A stretch of DNA of 63,749 nt, counting the filler, from Octopus bimaculoides (taxonomy: Eukaryota), in the NCBI RefSeq assembly GCF_001194135.2. It is 5 parts of 5 records of this genome, joined end to end, with 100 filler letters (N's around TTAATTAATTAA, not from the genome) between each part and the next. Parts side by side here need not be neighbours in the genome. Positions count along the whole stretch, not along the records: positions 30,474 to 40,544 come from NC_068982.1; positions 40,645 to 56,400 come from NC_068986.1; 3 more parts are not named here. One strand, written 5' to 3'. The notes under the pieces were generated by a model. It saw only the letters and a program-made list of their open reading frames with translations. It searched no databases and was not told the DNA's origin. Numbering within the stretch: the first letter of the stretch is position 1; every line of letters begins with the position of its first letter. This document shows, piece after piece, positions 37,774-49,660 of the stretch. Made by a program: the position numbers and the translations under genes.

Positions 37774-39014
37774 TAGGGTGCGGTGAATAAATCGTCGGCT
37801 AAATTACCCAAAATGAAAATAACACTGACATCTCATTTTAACAGATATATTTACCAAACCAAAATTACATAGAAATATCTTGAAATACTAAAGAGTAAAT
37901 TTATTCAATAAAATCACCATTGGCTTCAACGACGGCCGCCAGATGACTGAATCTTCTGCAACTATTCTGGACGGTCTTCTTGTTTAAGTTGATGAATGCT
38001 GCCATAATCGTTGCCTTCAGTTCATCTTTGGTGTTACAAGGAGTTTTAGGCGGTCTCTCGCTCAACTGCGCCCCACACTGTCTGGGGACTTAGGTGGCTA
38101 GAAGTTAGGCATGATGTAGTTGCAGAAATTGTCTGACAGTCATGACTGAATTTTCATCCTTGTGAGGCATGGTGCATAGTCCTGTTGCCAGACATGGGGT
38201 CTTCCAGCAACCACCCTCTTGACCCAGGGGCAGCACTACCTCGTCCAGGCACTTGATGTAGGCTTCCGTGTTGAGTCTGAAGCCGTGAATAGAGCCATAA
38301 CATCGCCATCACTAGTGATCGCTCAAAACACCACGATGTTGACTAGATGTTTGATTTTTATCACTCTCAGTATATGTTTTGGGGACACGGCAAGCCAACG
38401 GTTGTCCTGTGTGTTCATCTGATCGCGGCAGAAATTATTCTCGCCTGAGAAAAACCAGGGCAAATTCGGCTGGAGGGGATGCTTGAATTTGTTCAAAAGC
38501 TTCGAGGCGAAGCCTTTCCTCTTATCCTTAATGGCTTGGGATAAAAATTCGCCGTTTCTTATCTTGTATGAGGATTACTGAATGTATCATGGTACCACCT
38601 ACCTGATAAGAAACTCAGACACTCTCATGTCACTGGCTGACTTGGAGAGATCGTCGTCAATCATGGCCTGCATCTCACCAACAAATTCAGGAGTTCTTTT
38701 CTCCTCAGAACTATCAGAGTGAGTTTTCCGAGCTGCCGTACCTTCGTAACCACCATTAGCCTCATTCAACTCTTTCCGAATCCTCTGCACTATCCTTAGA
38801 TTGACACTCAAACACTCTGAAATGTTCGTATTGGAGCTTGCGGTGCGAATGTCAAGCAGTACAGAATGTCTTTTCCAAATTTCTGGCATAATCAATTGCC
38901 TCATGGTGATGTTTTCTGACAGACGGTGCCCCACTGGCCCTACTATACTGTGTAGTCGGCAAAATCAAAAACAAACTAGGTGCAAATTAAAACTATAAAA
39001 TTTACCCAACGCAA
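37774..39014 (-). mobile_element. Tc1/mariner-superfamily transposon, most like the maT (DD37D) group; pseudogene
   Basis: Translation includes WKRHSVLL..RTPEFV, WFFS(G)ENNF, VWQQDYAPC, PPKSPD, GAVERET, VEANGDFIE*. Ends are degenerate inverted repeats with TA. The third-D region is deleted, so the subgroup is inferred. Confidence 0.85.
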
Positions 39015-39490
39015 TATATTTATGTTTGTGTGTGTGCCTGTGTGTAGAGAGAGACAGAGACAGACACACAGACAGACAGAGTGAGAGAGAAAGAACGAGA
39101 CAGACAAATATGGATATACATATATGTATATACGTTATATAAATATATATATNNNNNNNNNNNNNNNNNNNNNNNNNNNNNNNNNNNNNNNNNNNNNNNN
39201 NNNNNNNNNNNNNNNNNNNNNNNNNNNNNNNNNNNNNNNNNNNNNNNNNNNNNNNNNNNNNNNNNNNNNNNNNNNNNNNNNNNNNNNNNNNNNNNNNNNN
39301 NNNNNNNNNNNNNNNNNNNNNNNNNNNNNNNNNNNNNNNNNNNNNNNNNNNNNNNNNNNNNNNNNNNNNNNNNNNNNNNNNNNNNNNNNNNNNNNNNNNN
39401 NNNNNNNNNNNNNNNNNNNNNNNNNNNNNNNNNNNNNNNNNNNNNNNNNNNNNNNNNNNNNNNNNNNNNNNNNNNNNNNNNNNNNNNNNN

Positions 39491-39536
<46 letters not shown>

Positions 39537-39655
39537 AGCAGTACAAAGAAATAAGATGTCATTACCTTTAAAACTTCAACAACTTTAAAAGTATCTGAAT
39601 CACCATCCAACTACATCTACATATTCAAAGCAGTTTGCCCTTCAGCGACAACACA

Positions 39656-40544
39656 CACTGATAAGTCCAACCATACCCCTTCTTGTTGACACCAATGTTT
39701 TTCAAATACCTACACAATGTGACACATGTTTTGCTTGTTTGTATTTTTTAATGTTCATATATGCATTTTTGGCCACTAAATTCAAAAATCACATTCGTTT
39801 TGACATAACATCGATAGTTATTTATTTATTCTTAATTTCATATTTGCTAGTTATATTTGTAATTTTTCTCTACAGCACTTTGTAGGTTCAATCTATTCTA
39901 GTATTGTAAGGATAATTACACAACATTTAGTACTTCTTCATATATTGAAATATATTTAGGAAGTATAATATTAGTTAGAACAAAAATAAACAATAAAACT
40001 CTGCACTGTAAATGTCTTGATAACTCTTTTCTTAAGATGAGAAGTGCTTTGACGATCGAGATTTTCTGGAGTGTATACCTTCATCTCTTCTGACTAGAGA
40101 CCATATATAATCTCTCATCATAGCAGTATTCCATCGTCCTTGGTATCTTCTTTTCATAGTTGCGATGTCGTCATGAAATCTCTCACCATGCTCCTCACTG
40201 ACATCACCAAAGTTTTCGGGGAAAATATCTAGGTGAGAGTGCAAAAAATGAACCTTTAAGGACATACGAGAACCCATTTTCAATAAACTTTGCTACCAGA
40301 TGTTTGTAATTAGGATCCTTGTGATTTCCTAGGAATCCACGAACTACATCACGAAATACACACCAAGCTTCTTTATCAACTTTTGTCATCGCTCTTTCCA
40401 ATTTCTTTGACTTTAACATTGCATTTACTTGGGGCCCAACAAATATGCCACCCTTGATCTTAGCCTCAGATAGCTTTGGAAACATAAGACAAATTTCTTG
40501 AAAAGCTTCTCCTCTAAAATATAAGGCCTTCACAAACTGTTTTA
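39656..40544 (-). mobile_element. Chapaev3-like (CMC/Transib-related) DNA transposon, 3' part
   Basis: KQFVKAL..FPKLSEAKIKGGIFVGPQ..KEAW..FLGNHKDPNY / MSLKVHFLHSHLDIFPENFGDVSEEHGERFHDDIATMKRRYQGRWN (one frameshift). Putative CACTG terminus at 39656; truncated by the spacer. Confidence 0.8.
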
Positions 40545-40588
40545 NNNNNNNNNNNNNNNNNNNNNNNNNNNNNNNNNNNNNNNNNNNN

Positions 40589-40600
40589 TTAATTAATTAA
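40589..40600. other. Assembly spacer 44N-TTAATTAATTAA-44N
   Basis: Same construct as at 17688. Confidence 0.9.
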
Positions 40601-41308
40601 NNNNNNNNNNNNNNNNNNNNNNNNNNNNNNNNNNNNNNNNNNNNTATGCGTGTGTGTGTGTGCGTGTGTGTCTATGTGCCTGTGTGTGTATGTGTGTGTG
40701 TGTGTGTGCGTGTGTAACTGTGTTTATGTTGATGTGTATGTATGTCTGTATGAATTTACATATAAATATATACGTCTATAGATGTCTACATTCATATGAT
40801 GTTTGCTTCGTGTTGTCAGATGAAAGTAGTCTTATATTCAACCTGAATCTCGTTTGCTTTCATTCATATGTATGCGCTAACATCGCTTCTCACACAGCAC
40901 CATATGATTCCATAACATGGAAAGTGAATCTCAAGATGAAATAATAGTAATGTTTCTTTGCGTCCCATGATTTAAGTGGCAAATGTTTATACAAAACGTC
41001 AGCAAGTATCGGTCGCCACATTAAGTCCCAGGGATAAGCATTGCATGATGTCTGTACAATTTTGACTGCAAGTTTATGTTAGATTATCCTTCTATTAGAA
41101 ATGCTGCCGTCTCCCCAGATATTTTACGAAAAAACGGAAGCATATATGTATATGTAAATATTTCGATTTTTATTCCTATATTTGTTTCAGTCATTTGACT
41201 GCGGCCATGCTGTAGTCGAACAAATCGTCCCAGGACTTATTCTCTGTAAGCCTACTACTTATTCTATCCGTGTCTTTTGCTGAACCGCTAATTTACGGGG
41301 AAGTGAAC

Positions 41309-42150
41309 ACACCTTCCGTCCAATTGATTTTTAAGACTGCGGAATGAATGGTAATAAGATGGGGCAATATCCGGCGAATATGGTGTGTGGGGCATCGTTT
41401 TCCATCCAAATTACTCCAGCCTTTGGAATGTCATCCTTCCTATATGTTGCTGAGCATTATCCAGATGGAAGAACACCTTTCATCTTGAAACCAAAGAGGA
41501 TCGCTTTCTCTTCTAGCGCTGACCTAAACCGCTCAAGATGCTCGCAGTAGATTTCCTTTCTTATCATTTAGTTTGCATTTAAAAGTTCAAAGGCGACTAA
41601 ACCATTCATACCGCACCAAATAGATAATAACCCCTTGCGTAGGTGAATGCCTTCTTTAGCCTGGGATACCGGTGTTTCTCCTTTCCCTACACACTGTATT
41701 CAGCGATTGATATTTTTATACAGACCCCATTTCTCGTCAGCAGTCAGAGTTTGGTAGAAAAATGGTTCATTCGTAAGGAAGTAGCAAGGACGTGCAGACA
41801 TTCACGCTCTGCGCGCGATTAGACCCAGAAAGTTTTATGAGGAACACACTGACTCAATTGTCTGACGCTGATATCGGTGACTGTTTGAATGAACAAATCC
41901 AAGATTCTCAATTGTGGTGGGAGTTTGTCCCACCAGGTTTTACAGGACGTCTGCGCGTCGATTTCTACATATCTTCCAGAATAAGGCGCGTTTCTGGAAC
42001 CATCGTTGTCACTGGCTAACTGTTATTGTTCAATACCCATATACTGCACTACTATTATTCCTCTCACTTTCCATTGTGCTGTTGCCTTTATTGAACTCAT
42101 AAAGCAAAAGATGCCGTTGTCACATTATAACTTCGACAACATGACTTAAA
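41309..42150 (-). mobile_element. Degenerate mariner transposase (same family as 44721-45624)
   Basis: LLYEFNKGNS..AVYG..CQRWFQK, TADEKW and PYSPDIAP.YY..FRSLKNQLDG-like motifs with frameshifts. Confidence 0.88.
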
Positions 42151-42273
42151 ATTGAACTGCACTCTGCAAAACTTGTACTAAGAATAACTACAAAGTAAAA
42201 TTAGTACCGGCTTTTACTTCAAGTTGATGTAGGTAGTTTATCTCGTCGTCCTCCGAATTTTAGGCCATGTTTC

Positions 42274-42663
42274 TTGTTGTTGTTGTTGGCACTCCGTGGC
42301 TTACGACGTCGAGGGTTCCAGTTGAACCGATCAGCGGAACAGCCTGCTCGTGAAATTAACATGCAAGTGCCTGAGCACTCCACACACACGTGTACCCTTA
42401 ACGTAGTTCTTCGGGATATTCAGCGTGACACAGTGTGACAAGGCTGACCCTGTGAATTACAGGTACAACAGAAACAGGAAGAAAGAGCGAGAGAAAGTTG
42501 TGGTGGAAGAGTACAGCAGAGTTCGCCACCATACCCTGCCGGAGCCTCGTGGAGCTTTAGGTGTTTTCGCTCAATAAACACACACAACGCCCGGTCTGGG
42601 AGTCGAAACCGCGATCCTATGACTGCGAGTCCGCTGCTCTAAAGACTGGGCCATTGCGCCTCC
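42274..42663 (-). mobile_element. SINE-B, full length
   Basis: Matches 4614-4996. Confidence 0.92.
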
Positions 42664-42742
42664 ACGACCATATCTAGTGTACCACCACTCTCGCTTTCGT
42701 TATCTCTGTCTAACCCTTTCTATGTATGTGTGAGTATGTGTT

Positions 42743-42798
42743 TCAGCACATGTGTGTCAGCACATGTGTGTCAGCACATGTGTGTCAGCACATGTGTG
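42743..42798. repeat. Four perfect copies of the 14-mer TCAGCACATGTGTG
   Basis: Seen directly; each unit holds the palindrome CACATGTG. Confidence 0.95.
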
Positions 42799-43869
42799 TA
42801 TGTGTTACACACTTTCCATATATATANNNNNNNNNNNNNNNNNNNNNNNNNNNNNNNNNNNNNNNNNNNNNNNNNNNNNNNNNNNNNNNNNNNNNNNNNN
42901 NNNNNNNNNNNNNNNNNNNNNNNNNNNNNNNNNNNNNNNNNNNNNNNNNNNNNNNNNNNNNNNNNNNNNNNNNNNNNNNNNNNNNNNNNNNNNNNNNNNN
43001 NNNNNNNNNNNNNNNNNNNNNNNNNNNNNNNNNNNNNNNNNNNNNNNNNNNNNNNNNNNNNNNNNNNNNNNNNNNNNNNNNNNNNNNNNNNNNNNNNNNN
43101 NNNNNNNNNNNNNNNNNNNNNNNNNNNNNNNNNNNNNNNNNNNNNNNNNNNNNNNNNNNNNNNNNNNNNNNNNNNNNNNNNNNNNNNNNNNNNNNNNNNN
43201 NNNNNNNNNNNNNNNNNNNNNNNNNNNNNNNNNNNNNNNNNNNNNNNNNNNNNNNNNNNNNNNNNNNNNNNNNNNNNNNNNNNNNNNNNNNNNNNNNNNN
43301 NNNNNNNNNNNNNNNNNNNNNNNNNNNNNNNNNNNNNNNNNNNNNNNNNNNNNNNNNNNNNNNNNNNNNNNNNNNNNNNNNNNNNNNNNNNNNNNNNNNN
43401 NNNNNNNNNNNNNNNNNNNNNNNNNNNNNNNNNNNNNNNNNNNNNNNNNNNNNNNNNNNNNNNNNNNNNNNNNNNNNNNNNNNNNNNNNNNNNNNNNNNN
43501 NNNNNNNNNNNNNNNNNNNNNNNNNNNNNNNNNNNNNNNATATATATATATATATATACCATATCGGTTGTTTATCAGAATAACTGAGTTAACCTACACT
43601 GCCTTCAATGTTTTAAATACCGACAAGCATATTTCTGTATTAGTATTGTAAATTAGTCACGAAATACTTTATTTGATTAATGCGTATAAACATATGCTCA
43701 TCCTTTCATGTGTATAAATATATGCTTACAGTTTCCGTAACATTATAAAGAACTGTAAGCAACAACTTTTGTCCATATTAAAAAAATAAACGTATATGAA
43801 CATGTACACATACATTGTGCTCCTCTCATTATATATACATGCCCACACATACATGTTCTCTCCATCCCT

Positions 43870-44560
43870 AGCATTTGCTGCGCATAAACCGACAAAATAT
43901 CACACCTCTATCAATTCCTTTCAACAAGTGACCGCTGGTCTAACACCCTTTTTCTCCGAATATTTTAACATCAATTTCCTATATCATCTTCCACTCCTGT
44001 TTCTCAAGGAAGTTAGAAATGTACATGACACTCTTTCATAATATAGTGTTGACTAAAACACAGCATTCTAAACATTTCTATCAGAGCAGATAAGAGTAAT
44101 TTCTCTTCACTCTTCAAACGTAATCTTCTCTTTCCATGAAGCTTTTTCTATACTTCGGAAAACATCGATTTTTTGACATGGGCTTACTTGATGTGATCCG
44201 GCACATTCTTTGATCTAACACATCCTGTTTTATTTCTTTACAAATATTTAAATTCGCTAAAATGCTTCGTTTCTATCGCTGTTATTCTCTTCTTTCTTTA
44301 TTTTTAATGTTTAGCTGAAAATTTAGCATTTATTTCCATTTCATATTTTCTTGTAGTTCTGTCGTTAACTGCATCATTTTCTGTATCATGTCCTGTTAAA
44401 TCAATATGATCGGTAAAACAGCGATTATATATTTATCTGCAAACAACTTAATGGAATGTATTTCGTAGATAAATGCCCTACGAAGGTGTCAGCTAAACAT
44501 CGTTATCTATTCTAGAATAACATTCATAATTCTGAGGGACTCCTGTTAGCTACTTCAACA
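43870..44560 (-). mobile_element. Heavily degraded RTE-type LINE reverse transcriptase fragment
   Basis: Broken minus-strand translation with TGVPQ, LFAD and KYEMEINAK (compare RTE KYGMEINAEKTK), then a WKEKIT segment. Confidence 0.55.
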
Positions 44561-44720
44561 TTGCATTTATTTTTGCTTCAAAACGAAGGAAAATCAATTA
44601 TTTTTTATGGTAATGTAAACTTTCTATTGGTATGCTTATGTTATGAATATATATATAAATATATGAAAATTATCTATCGACCCACACATACTCAAAAACC
44701 TAAACACACATACACACATA

Positions 44721-45624
44721 TTGGCTCATCCCATAGATAAAGCAGTTTTTTCAATTGCATTAAATAAGAGTCGGAGGTGGACAGGATAAACTAACTGCAT
44801 CAAATTGCTATAAAAGCACGTACAAATGTTACCTTGTCCTTATACTTAGTGCAAGTTCTGAAGACTGTAGTTCATTTTAACAGTTAATTTTTCAAAGCTA
44901 TAATGGAAATGAAAACGGAGCATATTCGATATATTTAACTTTATGAGTTCAATAAAGGCAACAACGCAAAGGAAAGTGCAAAGAATATCAATGCAGTATA
45001 TGGGGATCAGTCAATAAGATAAGCGTAAGCCATTGTCAATAGTGATTCCGAGTCGGAAAATACATACTAGAAGATGAGCCTCGTCCTGGAAGATCTGTAG
45101 AGCTCGATGCAAATCCTGGTGGGACAAAATCTCATATTAACTGTTGCGGAAGTAGCAGATAAGCTTAGATTTTATCATTGAACCATTCATTCAAGTCAGC
45201 GATAGAGGAAAAGCTACCATCTTTGGTTTTAAGACGAAAGGTATTCTTCCATCAGGATATTGCTTCGTCGCATACAACGAGGATGACATTACAAAGGCTT
45301 GAGCTGTTTGAATGACAAATGATGCCCCACCCAGCATATTTGCCGGACATTGCCTAATCTGATTATCATTTATTCCAGTCTTGAAAATCATTTGGACGGA
45401 GAAAATGTGAATTCTGTAGCCAAGGTCAGAACAACATCAGAGACGTATTTTCCATCACCGACAAGCGAACTTTGGAAGAGGGGCCCTGCATTTGCACCGG
45501 ATAAATGGAAGACCAATGTGGAAGATGAAGGAGAGTACATTTTAAAATGAAAAAGAATTTTGTATATCTTAATTTGAAAAATAAGGGAGGTATAAAAAAT
45601 TTCCTTACTTATAGGACGAAAAAA
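44721..45624 (+). mobile_element. Internally deleted mariner
   Basis: TA|TTGGCTCATCCCATAG left end, degenerate right end then TA. MEMKTEHIRYI.LYEFNKGNNAKESAKNINAVYG N-terminus and PDKWKTNVEDEGEYILK C-terminus. Confidence 0.85.
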
Positions 45625-45654
45625 TATGTACACAAATTAGATTGCCCCGTCTTC

Positions 45655-45922
45655 AGTGTCAGTAGCTTGCTTACGAAACACATTGTTCCGTGTTCAGTCC
45701 AATTGCATTACAATGGGCAAGTGTTTTCTACTATAGCCTCAGGCTGACCAAAGCCTTGTGTGTGAATTTGGTAGACAGAAACTGAAAGAAGGCCGTCGAA
45801 TATATGTATGTATATATGTATGTGTGTGTATATATATTTGTGTGCCTGTGTTTTTCCCCCAATATCGCTTGACAACCAATGCTGGTGTGTTTACGTCCCG
45901 TAACTTATCGGTTCGGCAAAAG
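45655..45922 (+). mobile_element. SINE-C with internal microsatellite
   Basis: Core, then a (TA/TG) tract, then TCGCTTGACAACCAATGCTGG. Confidence 0.85.
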
Positions 45923-48302
45923 AAAGAATTCTATTTTTTAATCATTTCGGAATCTATTTCGGAATCTAATAGTGTATATTTGTCACCAATTTCCATTTCA
46001 ACTCAGAACTGCTATACACATCCTTATGGATTATATGTAGTTAAGAGATAGCTATACACTATACCTGCAGGATGACCAAGTAATTGAAACTTGGAAATGA
46101 TATCATCTGGCAGCATTTACCCTGTTCGATTAATGTAATCTTGCTACGTGTTCTGTAATATATATTTGAACCAGCAACAACAAAGCATGCCTATTGAAAT
46201 ACGTATATAGACGGCTACTTCAACAGCAGAATTACAAAGATAATCACATGAGAATTTCGAGGTTTATATACATTGTGGTGTGGGAAAATTTGACATACTC
46301 GTAAGATCAAGAGCAAAATGCATTCAGTACAAGAATTTACAATGCATGGACGTTATCATTGCTTTCAAAATTAATTCAAAACTCATTTAAGGTAATAAGC
46401 TTAGATATAATTATAGAAATACATTCGCCATATTAATGATGAATATATTAATTTTTGTGTAAAGGGATGAACTCATCATCATAATTAAACTGTAAAACGG
46501 CAAAGATAATTATATCACTATTTCATGCGTTATATATACTTGTAGATACGAAACCAACTGTAGATATGAAACCAATTGTATACCAATTAATGGGACTGTC
46601 ATGTACAAAAAATTATTCGATTTGCAACAGTAAAATTAGTTTACGAGAATGTGCGAATAACCAAAATTAATAAAACTCATTCTCTATTGGCTCAACGTTG
46701 ATTGCATTATTCGCACTGGTATTTGTTCGGATTATATCCTTGGGCAATGCCTTAGATAAAACGACGTATTGGTAGGCATATTTTGTTTTTGTTTTTCTTC
46801 TACAAATTATTTGTTCTTTATTATTTGAAGTTTAATAGACAGAGATTCTAACTGAAAATAATGTAATAAAATGCAAAAATCACCATTTCCTCTCCCAATG
46901 TTTTCTCAGACGCTTTCTGTCATACACATACACATTCCACCGAATGAGATGTTGCGCAATTAAGTGAAATTTTAATTAACAAGTTTTATACTCACACACA
47001 TTGAACAACTGAAAATAATTTACGCATTCATTAGCATTAGTTTTTAATTAGCAACATTTCAAGCACTAAATGAAGAGTTTCTTGCAGAATAACATGTACG
47101 ACTCCCACAGTGAAATACTTCCGTCATATGTATATAGGCAGTATCACGTTTGTTTGGTGTGTCTTTGAAGTCGTCTACCATTTATCATTAATCAGTTTAC
47201 GTAGTTTGAAGTAACCATGATTTTTTTTCTTTTCTCTCCGTATTTAATCAATCAAAGAAAAGTATGTTCTTTTTTTGACGTAAACGCAACAAGTAAATAA
47301 TAATTCTGTATTGTTTTAGTGGAAATGTCATGTTACTACTCTAAATTTACTTCTTTGGTAACAAAATCTAAAAAGTGGCGCGTGAAACTGGTTTTAATCG
47401 ATGATAATTTTCTTTTATGTAATATTATAAATTTCATTCTGCAAATTATATGTCAACTGGATTTCAGCAAGGGAACTAAAAAGGAAGAATGATAACGATC
47501 ATATCTCTGTTTTATTTGACTGCAGAACGTAATGGAAAGATAATAAATATACTATTTAATCCATCTCTTCTCAGATTTGTATATTTTTACAACTTCATGT
47601 AAAGTATTACATCCACATGATATATGACCAATAGAAAATTATAACTAATGAAATAATTTCACATATTTTTAGAAATGACTTGCGAGAGAGGCTTCAGATG
47701 TGTCGTGAACCACATCGCAGATTTTCGAGTCTAGATACACTGACTAATTATATTTCCACGCGAGGCAACGTGCTAAGTACAACTGTCACTTAAAAAGACT
47801 TGGTTTACGTAGAATCTAAGAAATAGGCACTATTGACACGTATGCACAGATAGACAGTGTAGTTAGTGGAGTTTCACTTTTCATGGATCCGCAAATATAC
47901 ATACATACATATATATACATACATATACATACATATTCATACATACATACAATATACATATATATCCATACATTACAACAGACACATATGTATGTATATA
48001 TGTATATATATATATATATATATATNNNNNNNNNNNNNNNNNNNNNNNNNNNNNNNNNNNNNNNNNNNNNNNNNNNNNNNNNNNNNNNNNNNNNNNNNNN
48101 NNNNNNNNNNNNNNNNNNNNNNNNNNNNNNNNNNNNNNNNNNNNNNNNNNNNNNNNNNNNNNNNNNNNNNNNNNNNNNNNNNNNNNNNNNNNNNNNNNNN
48201 NNNNNNNNNNNNNNNNNNNNNNNNNNNNNNNNNNNNNNNNNNNNNNNNNNNNNNNNNNNNNNNNNNNNNNNNNNNNNNNNNNNNNNNNNNNNNNNNNNNN
48301 NN

Positions 48303-48333
<31 letters not shown>

Positions 48334-49199
48334 AGGTTTGGAGGTGATGTACAGGAATTATATATTAGAAAAAATAATAAGGTACTCAGATATCTGGTTG
48401 GTTATACATTTACATATTTTTATTAACATGTCACATATTTTTTAAATATTAGTGTCTGCACCTATCCGTGTAGGTTCTTCAGATATGATTTCACTTCGGA
48501 GGATTTGTCTCTTTTTATATTATTATTGAACGTGTAGGGGTGGAGAAAGAGATATAGGATAGTAAAAGATGGTGAGGAATTGGGGAATAAGTGAGAGTGA
48601 ATGTGTGTTTTTGTGTGTGTGTGTGAGTGTTTTGTGTTGGTGTGTGTGTGCCTGTGTATCTGAAAGGAGTGTCAAAGAGAAGGAATGGTGAAAGAAGAAA
48701 GAAGAAAATGTAGTTACAGCTGGTAAGTTCTTTCAACGACAAGTTTATTCTTGGCCTTTAAAAATGGTAAAGCCAGGTCGTTATTTAAGGTGGGGCATTG
48801 TTTGAAAGAAATTTGTTTTTCAAAGAGTTGCCATCATTGTCCAGTGGGAGAGAACAAGTTTATCCGCATATTACTAGGGCCATGCTTAACGCAGGAAATT
48901 TAATCACACACCTACACACTCCTACGCACACACCCACACACCGCACCCATGTATATTTGAATCGTGAAAATAGACCGAAATAGACACTTCATCTCCTTCC
49001 TCTTCTAACATCATGTCCCTCCTTTCTCACTTCCTGAGATTCTTGTCTCTTACAGATAAAAATTTTCCAAGAGATATGATGAATACAGGGAAAGTTTTAA
49101 CAAACGTTCAATTAAAATGACATACACGTGCTGCACCAATATGAAGAACTCCTTATAATTCTCAAAAGAACACTCAGTTGTAATTCTCGGGCCCCTGAA

Positions 49200-49660
49200 G
49201 GATGACGACCTGACCAGGTGTGCATGATAAACTCCGTATTATACGAGGCTGAAGTTACATTTACCCTTCAAGATAAATCAATTGAAAAGGAGAATTTACA
49301 TTGAGTTATGTGATGGCTAATTCCAGAGACGTTATTCAAATCCGGCGCAACTATAAAAGTAATGCAACTAAGTTGGCTAGCCACGATTGCTTTGAAGAGC
49401 TGCTCCACACCACATGCAATTAAGTGGAGAACAGTGGAGGAATCCAAGACATATATTAATGGATCTAAGGAATGTAACTTATTTGCAGCCAAAAGATCTC
49501 ATAGTCTTCTTAGATCCAGCAATTCCACCAAACTGCTTAATTTCAGATTTAGCAGGTGTTCACACCTGGACAAATTTCTTTTATCGAATTGGAAGGAACC
49601 AACCGCTTCGGATTGAGTTGTTGTCTCGCAGACTTTGGGATATTTTCTGTTATTTTCATC
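49200..49660 (+). mobile_element. Penelope-like element remnant (GIY-YIG endonuclease C-terminus)
   Basis: RIYIELCDG.FQRRYSN (YIG motif, G>E) then IKWRTVEESKTYINGSKECNLFAAKRSHSLL..LLNFRFSRCSHLDKFLLSNW, matching the PLE pattern W.I..K.KPY.NG.K.CNLC..EK..I..LLN.RSE..SKCRH.NKFLL. Confidence 0.75.

Noticed and set aside
46065-46121. 57-nt AG..GT-bounded open segment (GKCCQMISFPSFNYLVILQ), phase 0 out, as the missing upstream cadherin exon
   Set aside because: No DxND/NE motif, and it is separated from the gene by three artificial spacers.
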